Position numbers and translations under genes: made by a program | The notes under the pieces: model-generated | The model's database searches: none | What the model was told of the DNA's origin: nothing | The model's input: only the letters and a program-made list of their open reading frames with translations | Shown here: one piece after another, positions 18,282 through 26,700 of the stretch | How the letters are laid out: each line of letters opens with the position of its first letter | How positions within the stretch are numbered: the stretch's first letter is position 1 | Assembly: GCA_025340205.1 (NCBI GenBank) | Contig: CP006868.1 | Span: 1,290,001-1,322,000 of the forward strand | Source: Ignicoccus pacificus DSM 13166 | GTDB taxonomy: Archaea; Thermoproteota; Thermoprotei_A; Sulfolobales; Ignicoccaceae | DNA: 32,000 nucleotides | Direction: 5' to 3'

Positions 18282-21128
18282 GTGAGATCAACACTATCCT
18301 TGTTGCTCTTACTCTCGCTGACATTCGCCCAGAGCTACCTAATGATCGTCCACAACCCAAATTCCCAGACCTTAACGAACTTCCAAGTTAGAGCGAAGCT
18401 CCCTGCAGATCTTCAAGGGAAAGCCCTTACCATCAAGGACATGAATGGCAATCCAGTTCCCTTCTGCTACGAAACGGCAACTGGAGAGTGCACCACCGAT
18501 CCAACTCAAGGAGATGGCTACGTATGGGTGAAGGTTCCTTCAATTCCAGCAAATGGAGATGCTAAGCTAGTTGTAGAGGTTGGAAGCAATGGAGCGGTGA
18601 AAGGGGATGAAGTGTTTGAGTTTTATGATGATTTTAATGAGGGTTATTTAGACACAAATAAGTGGATAAAGGTAAAGGATGAGGGAAACGAGATCGTTGT
18701 AAGGAGTGGGTACTTAAAATTAGAGGAAACGAGTGCCAATAATAACGGCGTCATACTGTCAACAGTAAAAAACTTTCCAGACAACATCGTGATAGAAGCC
18801 AGAGTAATAGTCAACTATGCCAGTACAGGTGACTTAGATCCGATGATCCACTTTGATAAGTATACGAATCCTCTCTGGAACCCAGATGGAAGCAATTATT
18901 GTCTTACCTTCTATTTTGGTGAAGATAGAAATTGGGATGGGGTATACCTTGGACTAACAAAAATTATAGACTTACCAAAACCTCCCTCAGGCACTCCTAT
19001 TACATTATACTTCATCCCCAAGTCCGGAAATATAAACGCATGCATCGGTACGTCTTGCGGTACATCTTCAGTAAAACATAGTTGTAATTATGAAAACGTA
19101 ATACTCATGATAAACATGTTAAGAGATGACGGTAAAACATATTTGTTAGTTGACTGGATCCATATTCGTAAGTACGCCCCCATCGAACCAACGGTAACCT
19201 TCCAAGCCTACGGAGGCTATCAAGCCCCCTCAACCGTTACCGGAATGAGCCAAGTGTGGAGCTACGATATAGGCTCAAGCGTGGAGGCCCTGGCCTTCTC
19301 GGATAATGGAAATCTCGGGGCCGCTTCCGTGGACCGCTGCGCTTACGTCTTCGACCAGAGCGGTAACCTCTTGAACAAGGTCTGTGGAGACGACTGGATG
19401 AACGACATCTCCTATGCCAACGGGAAGTTCCTGGCGGACAACTACGACAACTACCTCTACGTAATGAGCGAGCGAGGCACTTTGATCAAGAAGCTCGAGG
19501 TAGGGGAGAGCTACGATGACGGAGTTACCGCCTTCTCCCAAGGATTTATCGTCTGCGACGATTATTGTGCCTACTACAACTGGAACTACGAGAAGATCTG
19601 GGATACCTCGGTGGGAAGCAACACCCATACCAGCGGTCCCGCGATAGCTAAGGGCTACGTTTACGCTCTAGCGGTGGACAGCGGCAAAGTGAAGATAATC
19701 TCCCTCTCCAGCGGGAGCGTGGAGGGAAGCGTTACCTTAGATGGAGATGCCTACGACGTCGCCGCTTGCGGGAACTACTTGGCTGCTGCAAGCCAAGACA
19801 AGCTCTACTTGTACTCCTTGGACGATCCAACTAGTCCTACCTTGCTCTGGACGAAGGACATTAGCCTAGGGGATGCTGACTACCGCTCCTTGGCCTTCTC
19901 GCCCAACTGCAAGTTCCTGGCCTTGGCTGACACAAACAACGATCAAGTAGATATATTCAACGCGAAGACGGGAGCTATCGTTTACACAAAGGACTTCGAC
20001 AGGCCCACAGCCGTCGCTTGGTGGAAGGACGAGCTAGCCGTAGCGCAGAAGGACGGCTCGATCTACGTCTTCAGGCTAGAAGGATTCAAGGGCCCCGCCT
20101 ATTCTCCTACACCCAGCTCTTCTACGATCACCGGCCTAACTCTACTATGGAGGCACGGGTTCAGCGGAACGGCTGATGCTGTAGCGATAGCTGACAACGG
20201 AAACGTAGGAGTTGCCAATTACGACAACTGCGCCTACGTGCTGAGCAAGACCGGCTCCGTGCTAGGCAAGTACTGCGGAGGGGATGACGTGGACGACGCC
20301 TCTTACTGTTGCGGCAAGTTCGGCTTCGCTGACATAGACGACTACGACTACTTCTTAGACGTGACCGGCAACTACCTAAAGGCGATACATGTAGGAGATG
20401 ACTACGACTTCGCCATAACAATGCTTCCCAACGGCTTCATAGCTTGCGACGATTACTGCGGCTACTTCACCTACTCCGGAAGCCAGATCTGGAGCACGGA
20501 GCTTGACGGAGAGGCTAGGAACGGCCCAGCGGTCTACAAGAGCTACGTCTACGTTCCGGACTACGGAGAAGACGAGGTAGAGATACTTAGCTTGAGCGAC
20601 GGAAGCGTTCTCAACAAGATGAGCTTTAGCAGCGCGGTCCACGACGTTGGAGTCTGTGGGAAGTACTTGGCCGTGGTTACCAGCAACAAGCTGTACCTCT
20701 ACAAGCTAACCGATCCGACCGACCCTACCTACTTGTGGAGCGTTGGAAACATTTACATAAACGACGAGTACAGCCAGAACTTGGCCTTCTCTCCAGATTG
20801 TAGGTACGTAGCGGTAGCGGATACCGGAAACAGGGCCTTGAAGATTTACGATATCCAAGGGAACTTAGTCTTGAAGAGGAGCTTCCCTGACCCGGTGAGA
20901 GGGGTGGATTGGAGAAAGGACTGGATAGCGGTGAGCTCGGGATACTACGTGTACCTCTTCAAGGTGGAAGGGTACAAGCCCCAAGGGGCTCCGGTGACCA
21001 AGGCACAGATGACTACAGTTACGAACACGGTCACGGTGACCAAGAGAGTAGGAGGATTGTCCACCAATATAATAAAAGAGATAACGAAATTGCCGAGGGG
21101 CAACGTTACGTGGACCATACCGGGTTGA
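18282..21128 (+). CDS. Exported DUF2341-type / concanavalin-like domain protein with two tandem Cys-containing beta-propellers
   Basis: Signal peptide 'STLSLLLLLSLTFAQS'; 'NFQVRAKLPADLQGKALTIKDMNGNPVPFCYE..TGDGYVWVKVPSIPANGDAKLVVEVG', 'FYDDFNEGYLDTNKW'; two propeller repeats beginning 'TGMSQVWSYDIGSSVEALAFSDNG' and 'TGLTLLWRHGFSGTADAVAIADNG'. Start chosen at GTG 18282; the ORF track extends to TTG 18264. Confidence 0.83.
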   Translation: MRSTLSLLLLLSLTFAQSYLMIVHNPNSQTLTNFQVRAKLPADLQGKALTIKDMNGNPVPFCYETATGECTTDPTQGDGYVWVKVPSIPANGDAKLVVEVGSNGAVKGDEVFEFYDDFNEGYLDTNKWIKVKDEGNEIVVRSGYLKLEETSANNNGVILSTVKNFPDNIVIEARVIVNYASTGDLDPMIHFDKYTNPLWNPDGSNYCLTFYFGEDRNWDGVYLGLTKIIDLPKPPSGTPITLYFIPKSGNINACIGTSCGTSSVKHSCNYENVILMINMLRDDGKTYLLVDWIHIRKYAPIEPTVTFQAYGGYQAPSTVTGMSQVWSYDIGSSVEALAFSDNGNLGAASVDRCAYVFDQSGNLLNKVCGDDWMNDISYANGKFLADNYDNYLYVMSERGTLIKKLEVGESYDDGVTAFSQGFIVCDDYCAYYNWNYEKIWDTSVGSNTHTSGPAIAKGYVYALAVDSGKVKIISLSSGSVEGSVTLDGDAYDVAACGNYLAAASQDKLYLYSLDDPTSPTLLWTKDISLGDADYRSLAFSPNCKFLALADTNNDQVDIFNAKTGAIVYTKDFDRPTAVAWWKDELAVAQKDGSIYVFRLEGFKGPAYSPTPSSSTITGLTLLWRHGFSGTADAVAIADNGNVGVANYDNCAYVLSKTGSVLGKYCGGDDVDDASYCCGKFGFADIDDYDYFLDVTGNYLKAIHVGDDYDFAITMLPNGFIACDDYCGYFTYSGSQIWSTELDGEARNGPAVYKSYVYVPDYGEDEVEILSLSDGSVLNKMSFSSAVHDVGVCGKYLAVVTSNKLYLYKLTDPTDPTYLWSVGNIYINDEYSQNLAFSPDCRYVAVADTGNRALKIYDIQGNLVLKRSFPDPVRGVDWRKDWIAVSSGYYVYLFKVEGYKPQGAPVTKAQMTTVTNTVTVTKRVGGLSTNIIKEITKLPRGNVTWTIPG

Positions 21129-22104
21129 TCGCCCTTCCTTCATAAACAATTTTTTACATGTCCTCACTTTTCGTTGTCCTTCAACCTACAACCCTTCACT
21201 ATCTATCTCTCCTTACCTTGCCGCTGAGGTATGCTATTTCCATAACCTCCCTTGGGCAAAAATATAGTGAAGGAGTTGTACTTCGAAATGATCGAAGGGA
21301 GGATCAAAAACCCTGAGAGGACCTCGTTGAGGTCGAGCAACCTATAGAGAAGGTTATTACTTGTCAGCGCGTTCTGAGTTCAGCTTACTTTAAAGAAAGG
21401 TGACTTTCCAAAGTATATAACATTAAAATACTCAGAGACGAATTAAAGAGCGACCTTGGCTTAAGCGACGAGGTATGAGAGCTAGCTTGCAGGTTGATCC
21501 GCTATTTCATTTCTCGCTGTCCGGACCTCATTAAGAAGTCACTGAATGAAATTATTGAAAGGAGACCGTGAATGCGGAGGAAACTGAAAGACTGAACCTT
21601 AAGATAGAGGTATCTACCGCATCGCTTACAGAGGAAAGCTCCGAGCGAAAGATGGAGGAGAACGTGGCGCTAAGGGATGCCAGCAAGCATTTGATTAAGA
21701 TCGTTTAGGGTCTCGTGATTTTTCATAAAGAGATTCCGTCGTTCTTCACTTCGCTTCCATGTAATTTTATCCAAAGTACTACATCGATGGCGTTAGGTGT
21801 GAAAGCTTACGTTTAGCTAATGGCTTTTATGTTACTGGGTAACGATGGATTTCTCCGAAACCTTCCTGTCACGTAGCTAAGAACTAAATCAATAGTAATA
21901 GTCTCAGGAACGGTAATCCTAGAATTAAGAGTAGATAACAAGGTCACTTATAGAGCAGCTATTGAAGGTGGGAACCTACGCGGTACGCTCTAACGGCTTG
22001 GAAAAGGAAATCAAAAGAATGTGTTGACGTAAAGGAAATTGTAAAAGTGGAAGATCGGCTAAAACATACGAGAGCGTTGTTACAAGTTTGACTTGATTGG
22101 AATG

Positions 22105-22635
22105 TTAGACACTCTCCAACACCTTCCTCAAATCCTCATCCAAATAGTTCCCAAAGTGCTTATCCATGATCTCTTTCCACTTCCTCAGTAACCTCTTCAA
22201 GCTGTCCAACGCTTCCTCCTTATCCGCTGGTCCTCCCCATAATCCTTCGGGATCTGGACCGTTGTACTGGTAGGTATGCAAATAGAGTGCCTTGTCAGTC
22301 CAAGCGCTTATGTCCTCTAACCCAATATCTTCCAACAAGGAGCTTAGGACCCTAAGCTTGGAACTAGGAGCATATATTCCCTTCTTTAAGAACCACTCTT
22401 TCTGCCTTTCATCCTTCAATAATTGCAATATTTCCTCCTTCTTCAAGTAAAGTAAGGCAGAAATTAGATCCTTCCAAGATTGGAAGGCTTTCCCACAAGC
22501 GTTCCTGATGAGACCCTCCTCAGCTAGCTTCTTCGCTAAGAAGGCCTCATAGATGGAATCTTCTATTTTCTTTTTGATGAAGTTGTCCTTTGCTGGCTCC
22601 TCAAGCTTTTCCTTTGTCTTCTCCAAAAGGGACAT
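22105..22635 (-). CDS. PaREP1/HEPN-like protein, paralog of 11853-12407
   Basis: See the shared motifs with 11853-12407. Confidence 0.75.
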   Translation of the reverse strand: MSLLEKTKEKLEEPAKDNFIKKKIEDSIYEAFLAKKLAEEGLIRNACGKAFQSWKDLISALLYLKKEEILQLLKDERQKEWFLKKGIYAPSSKLRVLSSLLEDIGLEDISAWTDKALYLHTYQYNGPDPEGLWGGPADKEEALDSLKRLLRKWKEIMDKHFGNYLDEDLRKVLESV

Positions 22636-23160
22636 CGAGTAGCTCCCTTATAGAGTAAAGGCTTTGAAATGTTGAAAAGTTCCGGAGGTTAAACTAAATA
22701 GAAATAAAATATCGGAGTTTGAGTTGGAATTATCTATTGATTTATAATCGATTATAATTACTTTAATTACTCCGTAGTTTTGATAACCGTAACGTATTCA
22801 TTGTTAGGTGAGGATGTCGCAAGTCTTAACAAGTATGGAGAAAGTAACGCTTTTGAGGGGTGTGGGCGTAGAGTGCCAAAGAAGTTTATGTTAAACTTAC
22901 TCTCTAATCGCCACTCTTAATAATAAATCCCAGATCTCTACATGATCATTGAATCCTCATAGCGAACTTGATAGCTTGTATCCCTTTAGCCGCTGAACTT
23001 CCTCTTAAACTAGGTACCCCAGATTGTGCCCCGACCTCGTCCCAGAGCCCTTCCATCGATGATGAAAGATCCTCTGATGAGCAATGCACTTGGTTCAAAA
23101 CTTTGAACTACTTCCTCTCCTTAAATCATTCAATGAATCCTTAGATCGTGGGTGGTGGAA

Positions 23161-23693
23161 TGGAGCGAATTGGCGAAGTTCTGGAAGCTTTGAAGAGAGT
23201 TGAGATCGAGCGGTTGAGCGCTATGGCCTACGCCTCGTGGGTTCCCCTAGTAGCTCTGGGGAGCTTCCTAAGCGCCCTCACCGGCAACCCAGCCTTCTCT
23301 CAGGGGCTTTGGGGCTTGGGATTGATCCCCTTCGTTTGGACCGTGAGGAGGCTTAACAGATTGGGGAGGGAGACCAGAAAGTGGAACGGAAAGCTCACCG
23401 TAGCCCTAGCATCAGCCCTCGGAACTTCCCTCGCTTTGGCCAAAATACCGTTGCTCAGCTTAACGATAGCTACGATAGCCATAATCATTGCAGTAACCCT
23501 AGCCAGGCCGAGAGTCTCGTGGATAGAGCTGGTTACCGTAGCTCTGATCGCTCTCTTAACGAGCTTAGGTTCCCAAAGGTTAGGAGCTTGGGAGGCGTTC
23601 TCCAGTGCCTTCGTGATAGGGTTATCCTTCGCTACGCTGGCCCACTTAGCCTACGGAGTGTACGAAGTGGTGCCCTATGTTGAGAGAGATTAG
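23161..23693 (+). CDS. Hypothetical multi-pass membrane protein
   Basis: Start at ATG ~23161 (ORF track 23148); hydrophobic segments 'WVPLVALGSFLSALTG', 'IPLLSLTIATIAIIIAVTLA', 'LVTVALIALLTSLG'. Confidence 0.6.
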
Positions 23694-23952
23694 GAGCGTG
23701 AACTGCTTAGTAGTGCTGATAGCGGTCTGCGTTAGGGGCTCTCTGAGCTTCTCAGAGGTACTAAAGCTAACCAAGTTGAACAAGTCGACGCTCTGGGAGT
23801 GCTTGAGAAGGTTGAATGAAATGAATATGGTAAGCAGCAAGAGAGTCTTGACCATTGCGGGACCGAGGGTTATAGTGGAATGTGAGGAGGAGGGTTACAC
23901 CGTCTTAAGGGAGCTTAGAAGCGCCCTGGAGGGGAGCGAGTTCTCCTCTTAG
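23677..23952 (+). CDS. Small winged-helix/HTH transcriptional regulator-like protein
   Basis: 'SLSFSEVLKLTKLNKSTLWECLRRLNEMNMVSSKRV...GPRVIVECEEEGYTVLRELRSALEG' ArsR/MarR-like pattern; overlaps the end of the membrane protein gene. Confidence 0.65.
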   Translation: MLREIRSVNCLVVLIAVCVRGSLSFSEVLKLTKLNKSTLWECLRRLNEMNMVSSKRVLTIAGPRVIVECEEEGYTVLRELRSALEGSEFSS

Positions 23953-24196
23953 GTCCTCCGCATTTCTCATTCAAAGCCAGAAGCTTCTTATGATCGTTCC
24001 CTAAGGGGTTATGCTTGCTTCGACGGCGTTAAGGAAGGACAAGAACTAATGGAGTTCACTTATGTTTTTCTTTCCTTGCCGTGATTATGATCATGTTTTC
24101 TAAAGAGGGGAGTCGATTTCCGAGTATCGATGAACTACACATCTCGAGAAGGAAATATTACTTAAGGCTCGGAATCTCGTATTACGGGATGCCCGC

Positions 24197-24421
24197 GTGA
24201 GCGTAGTCATTAGCGTTAGAATACCGAAGAAGCTTAAAGAAGAGATGGACAAGCTTGACGTGGTATGGAGCGAAGAGATAAGGAAATTCTTGGAAATGAG
24301 AGTTAATGAGTTAAAAAAGAAGAAAAAGCTCGAAGAGGTAAAGAGGATTCTCCAAGGCTTACCTGAGTCTCCTAAGAGCGTCGCCACGACCCTTGTGAGG
24401 GAGGACCGTGATAGTCGTTGA
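24197..24421 (+). CDS. Ribbon-helix-helix/VapB-like antitoxin
   Basis: 'SVVISVRIPKKLKEEMDKLDVVWSEEIRKFLEMRVNEL' pattern, immediately upstream of a PIN reading frame. Confidence 0.78.
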   Translation: MSVVISVRIPKKLKEEMDKLDVVWSEEIRKFLEMRVNELKKKKKLEEVKRILQGLPESPKSVATTLVREDRDSR

Positions 24422-24821
24422 TGCAAACATAATAGCGAGTTACATCCTCAAGGAAGAAGGATGGGAAAGGTTAGACGATGTAATGCTGAGAGGGATTACT
24501 CTCGACTACGCAATGAAGGAAGTCGCTAACGCTATATGGAAGTATTGCAAAGTAAGAGGAAGAATAGACGAAGCTTGAGCATCAGCGCCTTGTAAGCCGC
24601 TGAAGGTGCTCATGGGAGACGTGCTTCTAGTTAAACCTCAAGAGGAGTATTTGGACGAAGCGTTTCAAATAGCGCTGAGATACGGGATCACCGTCTACGA
24701 TTCTCTATATTTAGCCATGGCATTAAAGGAAAAGATGCCCATAATTACGTTTGACAAGAAGCAAACCCGAGGCTATCGCTTACACTTTCTCTTAACGAAC
24801 GACATCACGCCAAGTACTTAG
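24408..24821 (+). pseudogene. VapC/PIN toxin interrupted by one in-frame TGA at 24576-24578
   Basis: Frame from GTG 24408 reads VIVVDANIIASYILKEEGWERLDDVMLRGITLDYAMKEVANAIWKYCKVRGRIDEA*ASAPCKPLKVLMGDVLLVKPQEEYLDEAFQIALRYGITVYDSLYLAMALKEKMPIITFDKKQ..., i.e. both halves of a PIN protein in the same frame. Confidence 0.78.
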
Positions 24822-24917
24822 TATCTAACCAAGAAGTGAGTGTTGAACATCTCCTTGTTATGAGGACGTGTGGATTTTGGATACCGACACTTTTGGGAGA
24901 TAAGGAACTTCGAGGAT

Positions 24918-24994
24918 TGGTGGGCCCGCGGGGATTTGAACCCCGGACTACCGCCGTGTCAGGGCGGCGTCCTTCCGGGCTAGACGACGGGCCC
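24918..24994 (-). tRNA. tRNA-Val (GAC), CCA encoded
   Basis: Minus strand GGGCCCG..CCGCC-CTGACAC-GGCGG (anticodon GAC)..CCGGGG-TTCAAAT-CCCCG..CGGGCCC-A-CCA. Confidence 0.95.
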
Positions 24995-25036
24995 GCTTCC
25001 GTGACGGTGGAAGGATAAGAGGTTTAAAAGCTTTCT

Positions 25037-26509
25037 TCAGGTTCCTATCTCTGATGCCTTTTCGAAGTTCTTTAAGTCAAAGGATCCCTCCGACTCCATA
25101 AGCTTTAGCATCCTGAGAGAAGCTATCAACGCGTCTGGGCTTCTCCCCTTGACGCTAATCAAGTTGCCGTAGCTCATTGGGAGGGGGTCGTCTCCCCCTA
25201 GTCCCACCACCACTACGCTCTTCCACTTATCTAAGTTGTTAACATAGTTCAAGGCCGGAATAGAATTCATCTCATTGGCCTCAGAGGTTAGCACGACTAG
25301 CACCTTATCCTTTGACGCGTACTTAGCGCTGAACTCTTCCATGGCGTCCAGAGTTCCCGGCTTCTCTCCTAACGGTAGAAGCTCTTCCGAATATAGGGCA
25401 GTCCAGAACTCGAGACCCGCTTCCGTCGATGAGAGAACCTCGTCGTCCAGCATTAGGGAGTCTTCGCTTTTTGAGAAAAGGTATATCGTTCCCTTGGGCC
25501 TTAGAAAGAGCCCCATTTCCGCTAAGATCTTATGGCGTTTAAACGCCTGATCGCTCATATCGAGAAGCAAGACCACTTCGTCCTCATCGAAGCCCAAAAT
25601 GTCGTAGAGTCTCTCGCTTTTCTCCAAAAGAGCGTTCCAGAAGAGCCACCTGGAAACCTTCCCATACCCTTGAGCGCTCAAGCCAAGAACTGCCCTAGCA
25701 AGGGAATAAGCGGCGACCCTCTCCTTAAGCTTCTCCCGGAGGAGGTCTATCGCTACGTCCTCTCCCAATGTCCTTACCACCGTGCTTAGCTGTGCAAGTA
25801 CGTCGAAGGGTGACATAGTATTTGCAAATAGCTTGAAGAGGTCTTTTTCCGATAACCTGTTCAATATTGCCTCTAGGGATATGTTGGATCTCACGACCGA
25901 CCAGGGAAGAGGGGTTTCCAAAGCTATTTCCAACGCTCTTTCGAAAGAGCTGTCCTTCCATTTCATGAAACTTTCATAGGATTGGATTAAAGGATTTGAT
26001 GAGGTACCCCTTCCTACGACCCACCCCCATATTCCCCTTAGCTCTTCGGATGGGGGAGGGGGGTGAACCAGCTTCAGCACGTCCCTCATCTTCTTCTTAC
26101 TCTTCACCGATTGAAAGGCGTTCCACTCCTCGCCGCCCTCACTAAGGGCCTTCGCCAACGCTCCCTTCTTCCTCCTCCCAAGTCCGCTCATGGTATCTAG
26201 CTCTCTACTCATGGAGAGAAATCTGCGGTAGTATCCTATCGGCTGGTTCAAGAAGAAGAGGCTCAAATGCTCCCTTCCAAAAACGTCGCTAGCCAAGAGA
26301 GGAGGGTCCTTGATCAGTCCTACGTTCCTAGCGATGGTTGACATGAGGAACGTCTTCTCCGGATCCTTTCGATAGGCTAGCCTGACGACCGCTAGAAAGT
26401 CTATTAGAAATTGATCATCTGAGAGCACATCTAAGGAGGTAAGCAGATATTGTGCAAGCCGCTCTTGTAACGGCTTGGCAGAGAGGTAAAGGGACAACTG
26501 CGTTCCCAA
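25037..26509 (-). CDS. Ro60/TROVE-domain-like RNA-binding protein with C-terminal vWA-like domain
   Basis: 'GLGRRKKGALAKALSEGGEEWNAFQSVKSKKKMRDVLKLVHPPPPSEELRGIWGWVVG' parallels the TROVE core (G-R-x-L-+-x-A-I... KY+..sH+DLLRL.HPKP); 'LPWSVVRSNI..LFANTMSPFDVLAQLSTV' parallels the Ro mid-region; 'EVVLLLDMSDQAF' is positioned like the vWA 'fLLAVDVSxSM'. Assigned by motif recall only. Confidence 0.7.
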   Translation of the reverse strand: MGTQLSLYLSAKPLQERLAQYLLTSLDVLSDDQFLIDFLAVVRLAYRKDPEKTFLMSTIARNVGLIKDPPLLASDVFGREHLSLFFLNQPIGYYRRFLSMSRELDTMSGLGRRKKGALAKALSEGGEEWNAFQSVKSKKKMRDVLKLVHPPPPSEELRGIWGWVVGRGTSSNPLIQSYESFMKWKDSSFERALEIALETPLPWSVVRSNISLEAILNRLSEKDLFKLFANTMSPFDVLAQLSTVVRTLGEDVAIDLLREKLKERVAAYSLARAVLGLSAQGYGKVSRWLFWNALLEKSERLYDILGFDEDEVVLLLDMSDQAFKRHKILAEMGLFLRPKGTIYLFSKSEDSLMLDDEVLSSTEAGLEFWTALYSEELLPLGEKPGTLDAMEEFSAKYASKDKVLVVLTSEANEMNSIPALNYVNNLDKWKSVVVVGLGGDDPLPMSYGNLISVKGRSPDALIASLRMLKLMESEGSFDLKNFEKASEIGT

Positions 26510-26553
26510 GGGCGCTATGATATATTCCCTTTATACGTATTGTTCGTCAAAAA

Positions 26554-26559
26554 TTTATA
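26554..26559 (+). promoter_or_regulatory. Archaeal TATA box (TTTATA) for the downstream GC-rich element
   Basis: AAAAATTTATAC; TTTATA centred about 25 nt upstream of the predicted 5' end of the hairpin element (26582). Confidence 0.5.
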
Positions 26560-26581
26560 CCTTATAAGAGGAAGCTAGAGA

Positions 26582-26657
26582 GGGCGAGGCGCCGCCGGGC
26601 CTTCAGCGCGCGAGGTCTCGGGCACCCACCGCGTGCAGCCCGGTCCTTCCCTCGCCC
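26582..26657 (+). ncRNA. Putative structured non-coding RNA (unassigned class)
   Basis: About 78% GC over 26581-26660; nested helices 26582-26589/26650-26657 (8 bp), 26595-26600/26638-26643 (6 bp), 26606-26612/26630-26636 (7 bp, one G-U), 26614-26616/26624-26626 (3 bp); TATA-like box at the right distance. Confidence 0.5.
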
Positions 26658-26700
26658 CTTCTAATACCTCCCTACCCTTCCGTACCCACGGGAAGCGGTA

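Noticed and set aside
24100-24426. 108-aa minus-strand ORF
   Set aside because: Antisense to the RHH antitoxin gene; Ser/Leu/Thr-rich shadow translation.
26582-26657. Considered the GC-rich element as an intron-containing tRNA or C/D box sRNA
   Set aside because: No T-arm TTCRA motif next to the 3' stem on either strand and no RUGAUGA/CUGA boxes; left as an unassigned structured RNA.
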